NCBI GenBank assembly: GCA_965230915.1
Contig: OZ246395.1
Span: forward strand, 792,935-856,934
Direction: 5' to 3'
Length of the DNA: 64,000 nucleotides
From: an uncultured Candidatus Saccharibacteria bacterium
Lineage (GTDB): Bacteria; Patescibacteriota; WWE3; 2-01-FULL-39-13
Shown here: piece by piece, positions 1 to 9,854 of the stretch
How positions within the stretch are numbered: the first letter of the stretch is position 1
Layout: every line of letters begins with the position of its first letter
Notes under the pieces: model-generated
Seen by the model: only the letters and a program-made list of their open reading frames with translations
Database searches by the model: none
Told to the model about the DNA's origin: nothing
Position numbers and translations under genes: made by a program

Positions 1-68
1 TTTCTGTCAAGCAGCAAAAGGCGAAATTATAAGACTTTTAGAACTTTTAGACTAAACTCGCGTCCTTT

Positions 69-1166
69 CTATAAAACGGCCAATGCAAGGCCAATTAAGC
101 CCGAAATTATCGTAAAAAGCCAAAGTCTTTGAGTAACTTTGGTCTCGGGCCAACCTAATTTTTCAAAATGGTGGTGAATCGGCGCTATCAAGAATATACG
201 TTTACCGGTTAATTTTACTGACCACTGCTGAGATACACTCGAGACGATTTCGATTATAAAAATTGCCCCTATAAATAAAACCGAGACTTCTTCATGTAAA
301 AGTAATGGCAACAAGGCAAAAATTATACCAATAGGCATAGTTCCAACATCAGACATTTCTACTCTAGCCGGATTTATATTGAAATATAAAAAGGCTAATT
401 CAGCCCCTAATAAAATGAAGGCCAAATAGGCGACTTCGTCATAACCCAGGTAGGCGGCTAAAATCCCATAGAAGGCGAAGGCAATGCTATGAGTTCCAGC
501 TGATAGACCATCTAGTCCATCTGTTATTCCAAATGCATTTAAAAAGCCTATGAAATAAACAATCGCAAGTGGGATGTAGATATAAGCGTTTAATTCAAAA
601 GTTCCATATATTGGAAAAGTAATAGTTGCTCCATTATTGTTTGCCATTAGGTAATATACCGGGATTATTGCTAAAACCAGCTGCATTAAAAATTTATAAT
701 GTGCTTTCATTCCTCGTTGTTCGCTTCCCATTACGCGAATGGCCTCTTCGAAGGCCCTCCAAGGAACTAAAATAACATTTTTTACCTTATCAATAGGGCT
801 TGGAACTGGAAAAAGGCTTATTTTGAAACCTCCACTTATTCGAATTGCTTTAAATGTTCGACCTAAGGTGTTGGTGTATTCATCTATTGCTCCAAATATA
901 GCGCCAAATATTGTGATTAAAATAACTGCAGGGTAGTATTCCCAATCGCGCAATATAAGAGTAGCCAAAAGCAAAATTGTGATAACAATTATGGCCCCTC
1001 CCATTATTGGAGTTCCGAACTTTACTTGTTTACCGGGTAATAATGCATCAAGCTCGGCCTTGGAAACTCGACGTATATTGAATTTGTACAAAAATCTAAT
1101 AATAGGGAAAGCTATCAAAAAGGTTACAAAAAATGAAACTAAGGTTATCAGTATATATGACAGCAT
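69..1166 (-). CDS. mraY: Phospho-N-acetylmuramoyl-pentapeptide transferase MraY
   Basis: 365 aa polytopic membrane protein with the MraY signature motifs GLDGL and APIHHHFE. It follows SecF directly on the same strand. Confidence 0.9.
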   Translation of the reverse strand: MLSYILITLVSFFVTFLIAFPIIRFLYKFNIRRVSKAELDALLPGKQVKFGTPIMGGAIIVITILLLATLILRDWEYYPAVILITIFGAIFGAIDEYTNTLGRTFKAIRISGGFKISLFPVPSPIDKVKNVILVPWRAFEEAIRVMGSEQRGMKAHYKFLMQLVLAIIPVYYLMANNNGATITFPIYGTFELNAYIYIPLAIVYFIGFLNAFGITDGLDGLSAGTHSIAFAFYGILAAYLGYDEVAYLAFILLGAELAFLYFNINPARVEMSDVGTMPIGIIFALLPLLLHEEVSVLFIGAIFIIEIVSSVSQQWSVKLTGKRIFLIAPIHHHFEKLGWPETKVTQRLWLFTIISGLIGLALAVL

Positions 1167-1181
1167 AGGATTAAATTAATT

Positions 1182-2060
1182 TTACTTCTTTTTTCGTTTT
1201 GTGAGCAGTAACAAAATCGGAGTAGCAACAAACGGTGACGAATATGTTCCTAAAACTGTACCTATTAACAATGCAACAGCAAACCATTTTATAGTTATTC
1301 CGCCTAAGAGAGCTAAAGCCGTTAACATAAATATAATAGTCATTGAATTATTAAGTGACCTTGGCAAAGTTTCGGTAATAGCTAAATCGATGTTATCTTC
1401 GAATTTTGCACCTGGGAATTGTTTGTTATTTTCACGGATTCTGTCAAAAACAACAATTGTATCGTGCACACTAAAACTTAGTGTTGTTAACACCGCCGTC
1501 ACAAATAATGTATCGACCTCTACATTCATGAAGTGGCCAAAAAGGGAAAATGACCCGATTAATATAAACGTATCGTGGAACATGGCCAAAACAGCGGCAA
1601 GCCCGTATGTTCTATCTTTAAATTGGTATGTAACATACAAAGTAATTAATATAGCGGCAATAATCATCGCGGTTAATGTTTTTATTAAAAGTTCTTTACC
1701 CAAAGTTGGTCCAACGGTTTCAAACCTAACTTCTTCTGATTTAGATAGATCCTCATCAAAAGCAGCTAAAACTTCAGACTTTTTTGCTTCATTAATTGAA
1801 TTGGTCCTTATTATGTATGCGCTATTTTCATTAGAGCGTACAACCGAATAAACGGCAACATCTGAAACAGAAACGGCTGTTTTTTCTATTTTTTCGTTGT
1901 CTAAATTACTTTCATCGGCAAATTTAACTTCTAATAAAGCTCCGCCAACAAAATCAATTGATGGATTTAGTCGCCATAATACAAGTGAAATTGCGGCAAT
2001 TATAATCATTGCTACTGACAATCCTAAAAAATAACTTTTATATTTCATGAAATGAATCAT
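1182..2060 (-). CDS. secF: Protein-export membrane protein SecF
   Basis: 292 aa with a 6-TM SecDF topology and an FDRIREN motif. It lies immediately downstream of secD. Confidence 0.85.
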   Translation of the reverse strand: MIHFMKYKSYFLGLSVAMIIIAAISLVLWRLNPSIDFVGGALLEVKFADESNLDNEKIEKTAVSVSDVAVYSVVRSNENSAYIIRTNSINEAKKSEVLAAFDEDLSKSEEVRFETVGPTLGKELLIKTLTAMIIAAILITLYVTYQFKDRTYGLAAVLAMFHDTFILIGSFSLFGHFMNVEVDTLFVTAVLTTLSFSVHDTIVVFDRIRENNKQFPGAKFEDNIDLAITETLPRSLNNSMTIIFMLTALALLGGITIKWFAVALLIGTVLGTYSSPFVATPILLLLTKRKKK

Positions 2061-2086
2061 ATTTTTATTACGAAAATATCAGCGAA

Positions 2087-3556
2087 TTACTTACTCGCAT
2101 CTATTCGTGCACTCCTTTTTGTATAGAAAACCCTAACTAAGTTTCTCGTTATAAAAACTCCAGTGAATAAGCTAATAAAAATTCCGAGTGCCAATGTAAG
2201 AGCAAATCCGCGAACCGGCCCGGATGTTGGTAAAAATCCCCAATCAAATGGATTGAATAATATAAATGCAGTCATCAAAGTTGCAAAGTTAGCATCGCGA
2301 ATTGAGTCCCATGAACGTCCAAAACCATTTTCTAATGCCAAGCTAAATGGCTTACCTAAACGCAACTCTTCTTTTATACGCTCAAATATAAGAATGTTCG
2401 CATCGACGGCCATACCAATAGAAAGTATGAATCCCGCCAAACCTGGCAAGGTTAAAACAACTGGAATTAGTTTGTATAAAGCTAACGTTAAAAGTCCATA
2501 TATTACTAGTGCGATACTTGCTAGAAAACCTAAACGTCCATAATAAAAGATCATGAATAGAATAACCAAGAATAATCCAACTGCACCAGCAAAAATACTT
2601 TTTTGCACCGATTCCTGACCTAAAGTCGGGCCGATTGTTCGTTGTTCTAAGACTTTAACCGAAACAGGTAAAGCTCCAGCATTTAACTGTGCGGCAATTG
2701 TTTTTGCTTCTTCTGGAGTAAATTGCCCTGTGATTACAGCAACACCATCATTAATAGTTGTCTGAACAGTAGGAGCAATCAATAAATCTTCATCTAAATA
2801 GATTGCCAACTGTTTGCCTATATTGTTTTTAGTAAGTTCTCTGAATTTTTGTGTTCCTTCATTATTAAATTGAAGCTGAATTTCCGGAGCATTTGGAGTT
2901 TGTGAAGTCGACTGTCCAAAAACTACTGCTGCTTTTCTGAGGTCCGCTCCTGTTAAATCGGTTTTATTGTATTGAGGAACTGTAACGGTTTGCTCTTCTT
3001 GATCGCCATTTGCAGGAATCTTGATATCCTGAGGTTCACCCTGGGTTCTAAATTCCAGTTGTGCAACTTGGCCGATTGTTTCTAAAGCTTGCTGAGTATC
3101 GAAAGTTCCAGCTAATTCAACGATTACACGATAATTGGAACCAGTTTGAGATGTCTGAACATTAGCTTCGGAAATTCCCAATAAGTTTACACGGCGTTCA
3201 ATAACATCTTTCAGAGAGTTTAATGCTTGTGGGCGATCGGCTTCAGCAACTTTTGACATGTCGGCGTCTAATAGAATGCTAACTCCGCCGGCGATATCTA
3301 AACCTTGTTTGACTTCAAGATCACGCTGGACTAGTCCTCCAAATAAATTTAGAGAATAACCACCGATATCTTGTTTAAATTGGATTTTTTTGCCTTGTAT
3401 CCAAGATGAAGGTAAAACTTTTGCAATAGAAGAATTTTCTAGATCGTAATTAACGTCTATTGTTTTTCTAGGTAAATCTACAAATATGCAAAAAATGCTT
3501 ATCGAGAGTACCAATAGAAGAACGTATCTTGGATTTGAAAAAAATTCTTTAAACAT
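2087..3556 (-). CDS. secD: Protein-export membrane protein SecD
   Basis: 489 aa with an N-terminal TM segment, a large periplasmic domain and a C-terminal RND-like TM bundle carrying an FERIKEE motif. It is adjacent to secF. Confidence 0.85.
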   Translation of the reverse strand: MFKEFFSNPRYVLLLVLSISIFCIFVDLPRKTIDVNYDLENSSIAKVLPSSWIQGKKIQFKQDIGGYSLNLFGGLVQRDLEVKQGLDIAGGVSILLDADMSKVAEADRPQALNSLKDVIERRVNLLGISEANVQTSQTGSNYRVIVELAGTFDTQQALETIGQVAQLEFRTQGEPQDIKIPANGDQEEQTVTVPQYNKTDLTGADLRKAAVVFGQSTSQTPNAPEIQLQFNNEGTQKFRELTKNNIGKQLAIYLDEDLLIAPTVQTTINDGVAVITGQFTPEEAKTIAAQLNAGALPVSVKVLEQRTIGPTLGQESVQKSIFAGAVGLFLVILFMIFYYGRLGFLASIALVIYGLLTLALYKLIPVVLTLPGLAGFILSIGMAVDANILIFERIKEELRLGKPFSLALENGFGRSWDSIRDANFATLMTAFILFNPFDWGFLPTSGPVRGFALTLALGIFISLFTGVFITRNLVRVFYTKRSARIDASK

Positions 3557-3570
3557 GCTTTAGCTCTTTA

Positions 3571-4155
3571 TTAATGAAAAGAGAGATATTTAGATGTATC
3601 TCCTAAAAGGACTATAGTTGGTGCTATCAAAAATGCAAGAAGAAAAGTATCTCTTCTGCTTTTTAGGTATTCGAACTCTTCTTCGCCTAAAACTGTATAG
3701 TTAATATCGCGCTTTAATTCCTGCTGTGCTGTTTTCACAATTTCATCTAGCACTTCTAAGTTAGCCTGACCAACTACTAATAAATCAAGTTCAGTTTTTT
3801 CTGATTCGCGGCCTTCGGCAAATTCTGTAGAAAGCAATACCAATCTAATTTTGCCTAACTGGTTTTCTTTTGAAACTATACCTTTTCCAACTCCAACCTC
3901 TTTAGAAACCATAGATACTAAATCGTAGTAAAGTGGATAGTCTTTTCTTACTAAATAGTAAAGACGATTTCCACGTTTTTCCTTTTTGATGATCCCGGCT
4001 GATGTTAAACGTTTTAATTCACGACGAACTGCATTTATTTCAGTTCCGACACGGCGGGTAAGCTCGCGAACGTATAAATGCTTTTGTGTTTCGGAGAAAA
4101 GCTCCATTAATATCTTCACACGAACTTCAGAAGTTATTATGTCTTGTAGGTACAT
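3571..4155 (-). CDS. Winged-helix (ArsR/MarR-like) DNA-binding protein with a C-terminal domain of unknown function
   Basis: The N-terminus (VRVKILMELF...YVRELTRRVG...NAVRRELKRL) has a wHTH pattern. The gene is packed tightly with secDF on the same strand. Confidence 0.45.
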   Translation of the reverse strand: MYLQDIITSEVRVKILMELFSETQKHLYVRELTRRVGTEINAVRRELKRLTSAGIIKKEKRGNRLYYLVRKDYPLYYDLVSMVSKEVGVGKGIVSKENQLGKIRLVLLSTEFAEGRESEKTELDLLVVGQANLEVLDEIVKTAQQELKRDINYTVLGEEEFEYLKSRRDTFLLAFLIAPTIVLLGDTSKYLSFH

Positions 4156-4178
4156 GCTCTTAATAGGCAGAAACTAAT

Positions 4179-4370
4179 TTATTTAATTTCGGCAGCAACT
4201 AACTCTATTTTATTACACTGAGGGCAGCGGAAGGCTTTAACAATGAACTTACTCCATAGGAGTTTCATAAGCCATTTATCGGCAGAAGTTGGTTGACTAG
4301 GAATCCATAGTCCACCATGAGCTGCTAATCTTCCTTCTAACATTTCTACATTACATTTTGGACATGTCAT
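4179..4370 (-). CDS. Small zinc-ribbon protein
   Basis: 63 aa with a CPKC...CPQC four-cysteine ribbon pattern. The gap to each neighbouring gene is only 2 nt, which suggests co-transcription. Confidence 0.4.
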   Translation of the reverse strand: MTCPKCNVEMLEGRLAAHGGLWIPSQPTSADKWLMKLLWSKFIVKAFRCPQCNKIELVAAEIK

Positions 4371-4371
4371 T

Positions 4372-5871
4372 TTAATTTCCTCCAGTTGTTGCAGCAGGTG
4401 AGGCAGATTGGTAATTAACTTTATTTTCTGGTTTTACTAATTGAACCCAAATCTGTCCGCGTACAAATTCTACCTCATTTCCTTGTAAATCGGTATACTT
4501 ATCTAGTGTTTCTGCATCTGGTCGTGACCATTTTGCCTGAATAACTTTTCCGTCCTGAAAAATTAATGCGTCACCAGTTCCAAGTAACTGCTGGTACAAA
4601 TGATGTTTGCCATCATTAACAGGAGTTTCTTTCGTGAATCGTACAATAATACTTTTTGCACGGAGTTCCTGATTATTTCCTGCATCAATTTGTTTTACAT
4701 CTCCTTGATATCTTATGTATTCATTCTTATCTTTGTCATAAACCCATTTAACATTAAATCCCGCCATAGTATCCCAGAAGTTATATGTAATTGGAGTTGC
4801 AGCACCAATATCACCGCGGTCTTCTGGCTTCGCATCGTCTTTGAACTTCCATTTATATTTAAGTGGAATATTTTTGTGCCAGCTTTCCTCGACACGAATT
4901 TCTTTTGCCTTATCGTAAATCTTTGGAAGCGCAACATAAGATGTATGTTCAATGGCTAAACCAGCAGCACGGCGAGCGCTATCACGACCGAAAACGCATG
5001 ACGGTGCATCGTCCTGGCAAGCATAATTCCCACCATCAATATTTGGAAGCCCAAGGCTCACAATTCTCGCATAAGCATCTACATCTGGCTCAGTGTCTTT
5101 GGCGCAAGTTCCAGCTGTTTGACATGCAGGGACATGAGCAGCACCCCAGTGCACAAAGTGAGGAAAGTAAGCAGAGGCTAATTCGGCATTGTAATACCTA
5201 GCAGATCTTACAGACATTACTTTGTCCGGAATCTTCGACCAAAAAACTGGCATCATACGTGTGATTCCGCCTTCTTCAACAGCTTCGTAAATGACATCTG
5301 CCTGGGATAATCCGGCGCTCGGCCTGGCATCAACGTAGTTGTTTACCATTACAGTTATTGGTTTTTTATCTTTAAATTTTGCGGCATCTTCGTTGGATAC
5401 ATATGCTCCATTAAGTGGATTTTCCCAACGGTTATTGTCGGTTACAGGAACACTGCCTGTCTCAGTTGGTTCCTCTTTTCCTGGAATTGGAGTTACAAAA
5501 TTCACATTTTCAAAAATATATTTGTAAGCGAAAATCCCTATAAGAAGTGCCAATACAACTGAAAGGACAATAACGATCCATCTATTTTTTGGGTTTTGCA
5601 TAATTTTTTTCGTTGGCTGCATTCGAATTACATCAGCTCTTTGACGTGATGGAAATGGTGCATGCAATGATTTAGCTGGAGTAGGGGATTCTTTAGAATT
5701 TTTTGGTTCTTCATTATTTTCAATAGATTTATCCTCTGGCACACTCCTTACAGATTTTGCAGGTTCATTCGAAGCTAAGTGGCCAAATCCTGATATACCC
5801 ATAGGGCTTGCTGGTTTCGCTGCACCTTCTTCATTTTCACGGGAATAGTTTTTTACGGTTGCCGAGGTCAT
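4372..5871 (-). CDS. Membrane-anchored DUF3048 (YerB-like) domain protein
   Basis: 499 aa with a low-complexity cytoplasmic N-terminus, one TM segment and an extracytoplasmic region. The segment ITVMVNNYVDARP...ITRMMPVF resembles the DUF3048 core from memory. Confidence 0.45.
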   Translation of the reverse strand: MTSATVKNYSRENEEGAAKPASPMGISGFGHLASNEPAKSVRSVPEDKSIENNEEPKNSKESPTPAKSLHAPFPSRQRADVIRMQPTKKIMQNPKNRWIVIVLSVVLALLIGIFAYKYIFENVNFVTPIPGKEEPTETGSVPVTDNNRWENPLNGAYVSNEDAAKFKDKKPITVMVNNYVDARPSAGLSQADVIYEAVEEGGITRMMPVFWSKIPDKVMSVRSARYYNAELASAYFPHFVHWGAAHVPACQTAGTCAKDTEPDVDAYARIVSLGLPNIDGGNYACQDDAPSCVFGRDSARRAAGLAIEHTSYVALPKIYDKAKEIRVEESWHKNIPLKYKWKFKDDAKPEDRGDIGAATPITYNFWDTMAGFNVKWVYDKDKNEYIRYQGDVKQIDAGNNQELRAKSIIVRFTKETPVNDGKHHLYQQLLGTGDALIFQDGKVIQAKWSRPDAETLDKYTDLQGNEVEFVRGQIWVQLVKPENKVNYQSASPAATTGGN

Positions 5872-5885
5872 TCAGTATATTCTAT

Positions 5886-5901
5886 AATCGACTCGTCGAT
5901 T
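5886..5901. promoter_or_regulatory. Perfect 7-bp inverted repeat AATCGAC-TC-GTCGATT, an operator-like site in a divergent promoter region
   Basis: Read directly from the sequence. It overlaps a TATAAT box between the divergent genes 4372..5871(-) and 5928..6218(+). Confidence 0.4.
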
Positions 5902-5927
5902 AAGTCAAAATATTAAACGAGCAAATT

Positions 5928-6218
5928 ATGTCGAAAAATAAAGACAAAAGAAAAGATAAAAAACTCAGACAATCAATTGAAATATTAAAAGCTCAATTAA
6001 AAGATAATATTCAGATTGAAATTAAAACTGATAATTCGGCTGGCTCTATCAAAACTGTAACTAAAGCTAAACCTTCTGATGTTAAGTCAAATTTGGCAAA
6101 GATAAATTTTGTCGAAGATAAATACATAAAACAAGATTTGGTAAAGACAGTTATTTTATCGGCAGGAGCATTCGCTGCAATAATTATTCTTTGGGTTCTT
6201 AACATTACCAGCTTCTAA
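5928..6218 (+). CDS. Small lysine-rich protein with a C-terminal TM anchor
   Basis: 96 aa ORF with a hydrophobic C-terminus and no recognisable family. Confidence 0.3.
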   Translation: MSKNKDKRKDKKLRQSIEILKAQLKDNIQIEIKTDNSAGSIKTVTKAKPSDVKSNLAKINFVEDKYIKQDLVKTVILSAGAFAAIIILWVLNITSF

Positions 6219-7720
6219 TTTTGCAAATAAGACTTATATTGGATCGCCTCTAATAAATGTTCGTTCTTAATTTCTTCTGAACTTTCTATATCAGCTATTG
6301 TTCTAGAAACTTTCAAAATTTTATGCACGCTTCGAGATGAATATTTTTTGTGCAACGTATTTAGCGTTTCAATCGCGTCTTTTTCTAGTGTGCAAACTAA
6401 TTTTATTTCCTCGATAGAAAGGTCAGCATTGTATTTAAATTCTTTATTTAGACTTTTGAATCTTGAGATTTGCTTGTCACGAAGTTTTGTAATTTTATTT
6501 TTAATATTTTGCGACGTCTCGTACAATTCGTTTTTGATTAATTCGCCAGCACTTACGGAATATATATTCAAAAAGATATCTATGCGATCCATAAGTGGAG
6601 TTTTCAATTTATCGAGATATTTTTTGATTTGTTGGTCTGAGCAAACACAATTCATATCAGGGTCACCATAATTTCCACAAGGACAGGGATTCGCACAAAT
6701 AACTAGCAAAAAATCACATGGCAAAGTAGTATTATATTTTTTGCCGAATATTTGAATTGTCTTATCTTCAACTGGTTTTCTTAAGGCATTTACCAATTGG
6801 TTATTAAATTCGGTAAACTCATCTATAAATAAAATTCCCTTATGAGCGAGCGTAATTTCGCCAAGTTTTAAGGGAGTCCCTCCACCCAAAAGCGAGCGGG
6901 CAGATATTGGGTGGTTTACAGTTCTGAAATTTGGAATAAGCGAAAATTTATTTTCTGTTAACGAACTTATCCTCATTACATCTAATAAATCATCCTTCAA
7001 TAGATTAGGAAGAATTGACTGCAAAGCTTGTGCAAGAATAGTCTTACCCGAACCAGCTGATCCGATTAAACAGATATTGTGACGTCCAGTCGCCGCAACT
7101 TCTAAAGCTCGCTTTGCGATTTGCTGGCCACTAATATTTTCAAACAAGGTTTTAAAATGAATTTTACTATTATAATTTTGCACCAGATTATGAAACCTAA
7201 AATTTCTAGTCTGCAAGGCCATAACTAAATCTTTAAGATTTTTGTATGACAGGATTTTTAGATCATCAATAAAACTAATGTCAGATAAATTAGATTCTGG
7301 AACGACAAAAATTTTTTTATTAGATTTTGCTTCAAGTGCTAAAAGAACCGATCCGGAAATTTTATTTATTTCGCCATTAAGTGACAGTTCTCCTGCAAAC
7401 AAAAAATCATTTAATTCGCTCTTAATTATGCCAGCTGCAGCTAAAATCCCAATGGCGACCGGAACGTCGTAAAGTGTACCGCGTTTAGAAATATCAGCAG
7501 GTGCTAAATTTACAACAATTTTTTTACTTGGGAAGTTAAATCCTGAATTCCTAATCGCCGATTTAATACGTTCTCGCGATTCGTTTATCTCTTTAGCAGG
7601 TAACCCGACAATCTCAAACTTAGGGAATCCCCTACTATCTATATTCACTTCTATATTTACCTTTGTTGTTTCAAAACCAGTTATAACCGCAGAATTAATA
7701 TTTTTGAACGACATATTCAA
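6215..7720 (-). CDS. comM: YifB/ComM family Mg-chelatase-like AAA+ ATPase
   Basis: 501 aa with an N-terminal Lon-like/ChlI domain, Walker A (GSAGSGKT), an ATPase core and a C-terminal Cys cluster. Strong family resemblance. Confidence 0.9.
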   Translation of the reverse strand: MNMSFKNINSAVITGFETTKVNIEVNIDSRGFPKFEIVGLPAKEINESRERIKSAIRNSGFNFPSKKIVVNLAPADISKRGTLYDVPVAIGILAAAGIIKSELNDFLFAGELSLNGEINKISGSVLLALEAKSNKKIFVVPESNLSDISFIDDLKILSYKNLKDLVMALQTRNFRFHNLVQNYNSKIHFKTLFENISGQQIAKRALEVAATGRHNICLIGSAGSGKTILAQALQSILPNLLKDDLLDVMRISSLTENKFSLIPNFRTVNHPISARSLLGGGTPLKLGEITLAHKGILFIDEFTEFNNQLVNALRKPVEDKTIQIFGKKYNTTLPCDFLLVICANPCPCGNYGDPDMNCVCSDQQIKKYLDKLKTPLMDRIDIFLNIYSVSAGELIKNELYETSQNIKNKITKLRDKQISRFKSLNKEFKYNADLSIEEIKLVCTLEKDAIETLNTLHKKYSSRSVHKILKVSRTIADIESSEEIKNEHLLEAIQYKSYLQN

Positions 7721-7770
7721 ATAATAAATCTACAAGATTAAATATTTATTAAATTTTAATTAAGGAATGA

Positions 7771-8754
7771 TTACAAATATTTAGCAACGTTGGCGTTATG
7801 TTGATCCAGTGTTTCAGCATAATGAGTTGTACCGTCTTTTCCTGTTATATAAAACCAATATGGGGTTTCTTCGTAGTTGATTACAGCCTGAATCGAATCA
7901 AGTGATGGATTACTTATAGGAGCTGGAGGCAATTCTTTATGAGAGTAAGTATTATATGGAGAATCAATATTCTGCAAGTCATTCCTAGTTACTGTAGGCC
8001 ACCAATCCGCTTCGGTGCCCTTTGCATATTGAACAGTTGCATCGGCTTGCATAGGCCAGCCATTTTGCCATCGTTTAACCAAAATTCCAGCAACTTTAGG
8101 TCGGTCTTTCTTAATATTCATTTCCCTTTCTAAAATTGATGCAATGATTATAGTTTGATCTAAAGTTAGCCCTCGTGATTGTGCTTTCGCAACTAAATCT
8201 GAAGTAACTCTTTTGTCAAAAGTATTTCGCATCCAGGACGCTAAATTATTAGCTGGATAATCTTCTTCGATAATATATGTGTCTGGGAACATGTAGCCTT
8301 CTTTCAGATAAGAACTTTTTGCAAATTCATCTGCAAATTCATCTCCGACCTGTTCGCGAAGATAATCAACGTATTCTTCTGTTCTCCATCCTTCAATAAA
8401 AGTTAGTTTAGTTTCGAATGTTCCATTTTGTAATTCGTCGACCAACTTTACTAAAGTCAGACTTTCATTTGGTATCCGATAGTATCCGGCTTGAATGCTT
8501 TTTTGCTTATTCAAGAATAAGTAGGCTTTTAAAATTAATGGGTTAGAAATAATACCTTCTTTTGTAAAGTAACTAGAAATTTCTTCAACACCCATCCCCC
8601 TTTCGATAGTTATGGTTAGTTGTTTTTCATCTTCACCTAAGGCAATCTGTTTGTGAATTTCACTGTTATAATAAGAGTATCCGATCAGTCCTGCAAAAAC
8701 TAAAATAGCAGCGACAATTGAGAAGATAATCAACAGTAATTTACCGAATTTCAT
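7771..8754 (-). CDS. mltG: Endolytic murein transglycosylase MltG (YceG-like)
   Basis: 327 aa with an N-terminal TM anchor and a YceG-like domain that includes an ASILEREM-type motif. Confidence 0.8.
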   Translation of the reverse strand: MKFGKLLLIIFSIVAAILVFAGLIGYSYYNSEIHKQIALGEDEKQLTITIERGMGVEEISSYFTKEGIISNPLILKAYLFLNKQKSIQAGYYRIPNESLTLVKLVDELQNGTFETKLTFIEGWRTEEYVDYLREQVGDEFADEFAKSSYLKEGYMFPDTYIIEEDYPANNLASWMRNTFDKRVTSDLVAKAQSRGLTLDQTIIIASILEREMNIKKDRPKVAGILVKRWQNGWPMQADATVQYAKGTEADWWPTVTRNDLQNIDSPYNTYSHKELPPAPISNPSLDSIQAVINYEETPYWFYITGKDGTTHYAETLDQHNANVAKYL

Positions 8755-9553
8755 GTCTATGAATGATAGTACCAGAAGCCCTCAAGATGATCTACGTTTT
8801 TTATTAAAAGATAAATATCACTTTTCCGAAATTGATATTGAAAAAATAATACATCACACAGATGAAAACTTATTAACAGAAGAATTAAAAAAAGATATAC
8901 AACTACTAAACTCCGGATATCCTCTTGATTATATTATCGGATTCACAGAATTCTTAGGATTAAAGATAAATTTAAACCACCGGCCACTAATTCCACGACC
9001 TGAAACTGAATATTGGACAGAAAAAATAATCAAATCATTAAGTCATGACAGCCAATTGAATATACTAGATATGTTTTGCGGGTCCGGGTGTATAGGCTTA
9101 ACTTTAATCAAAAATTTCCCAAATTCTAATTGCACCTTTGCAGACGTAAACCCGGATTTCTTATCGCAAACACAACAAAACGCGGAAATAAATAAAATTG
9201 ATACAAGCCGAATTCAACTGATCGAAAGCAATATATTCAGCAGCATATTCGGAACATTCGATTTAATTGTTGCGAATCCCCCCTATGTTTCAAAACACGA
9301 CCAAGTTGGGGAAGGTATAGAGCACGAACCACAAAGTGCGATATTTGCACAAAAAGATGGATTTGAATTAATCGAAAAATTTTTACAAGATGCCTCAAAA
9401 TATATAAATTCGGAAGGCCGCATTTTTATGGAATTTGGAGAAACTCAGAAAGATAAAGTGGAAGAATTATTGCGACTATATAAGTATACGCAATGGGATT
9501 TTCATAAGGATCAATTTGATAAATGGAGATGGGTTGAGATTAAAAGCGGCTAG
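8753..9553 (+). CDS. prmC: Release-factor glutamine N5-methyltransferase PrmC/HemK
   Basis: 266 aa with the NPPY motif (IVANPPYV) and a SAM-binding GxGxG (DMFCGSGCIG). Confidence 0.85.
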   Translation: MSMNDSTRSPQDDLRFLLKDKYHFSEIDIEKIIHHTDENLLTEELKKDIQLLNSGYPLDYIIGFTEFLGLKINLNHRPLIPRPETEYWTEKIIKSLSHDSQLNILDMFCGSGCIGLTLIKNFPNSNCTFADVNPDFLSQTQQNAEINKIDTSRIQLIESNIFSSIFGTFDLIVANPPYVSKHDQVGEGIEHEPQSAIFAQKDGFELIEKFLQDASKYINSEGRIFMEFGETQKDKVEELLRLYKYTQWDFHKDQFDKWRWVEIKSG

Positions 9554-9844
9554 TTATTTTAGATTTTCGGGAAGTTCGGACGCAGAAAAATTCTGGCTCA
9601 AAGTTTTTACAGCTTCTTTCGCTACTTCAATAGACGCCCTACCAAAAACCGTCGCGTATTGATCGACCAACTCACCTAAAACATCAACAGGATTTGCGGC
9701 TGTATCTATTACGGGATTACCATCTGCCCCAAGTCTTAAATGATCAACACTCTGAACTAACTGCATTGATAAGTTTTTTCCTATTATTTTCTCCTGTTCT
9801 TTTGTAATAATAATAACAGCTTGTTGGTACTTTTCAGGAATCAT
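9554..9844 (-). CDS. Hypothetical small soluble protein
   Basis: 96 aa ORF tightly linked to the downstream membrane protein. No family recognised. Confidence 0.3.
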   Translation of the reverse strand: MIPEKYQQAVIIITKEQEKIIGKNLSMQLVQSVDHLRLGADGNPVIDTAANPVDVLGELVDQYATVFGRASIEVAKEAVKTLSQNFSASELPENLK

Positions 9845-9854
9845 ATCTTCTCAA

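Noticed and set aside
8752-8756. Overlapping divergent start codons (mltG against prmC, and likewise 41129..42697 against 42703..44244), possibly indicating a misassembly or an inversion junction
   Set aside because: It is more simply explained by over-extended start calls. Internal Mets with better context exist (MNDSTR for prmC, MFLAKQT for the 42703 gene). There is no compositional discontinuity at these points.
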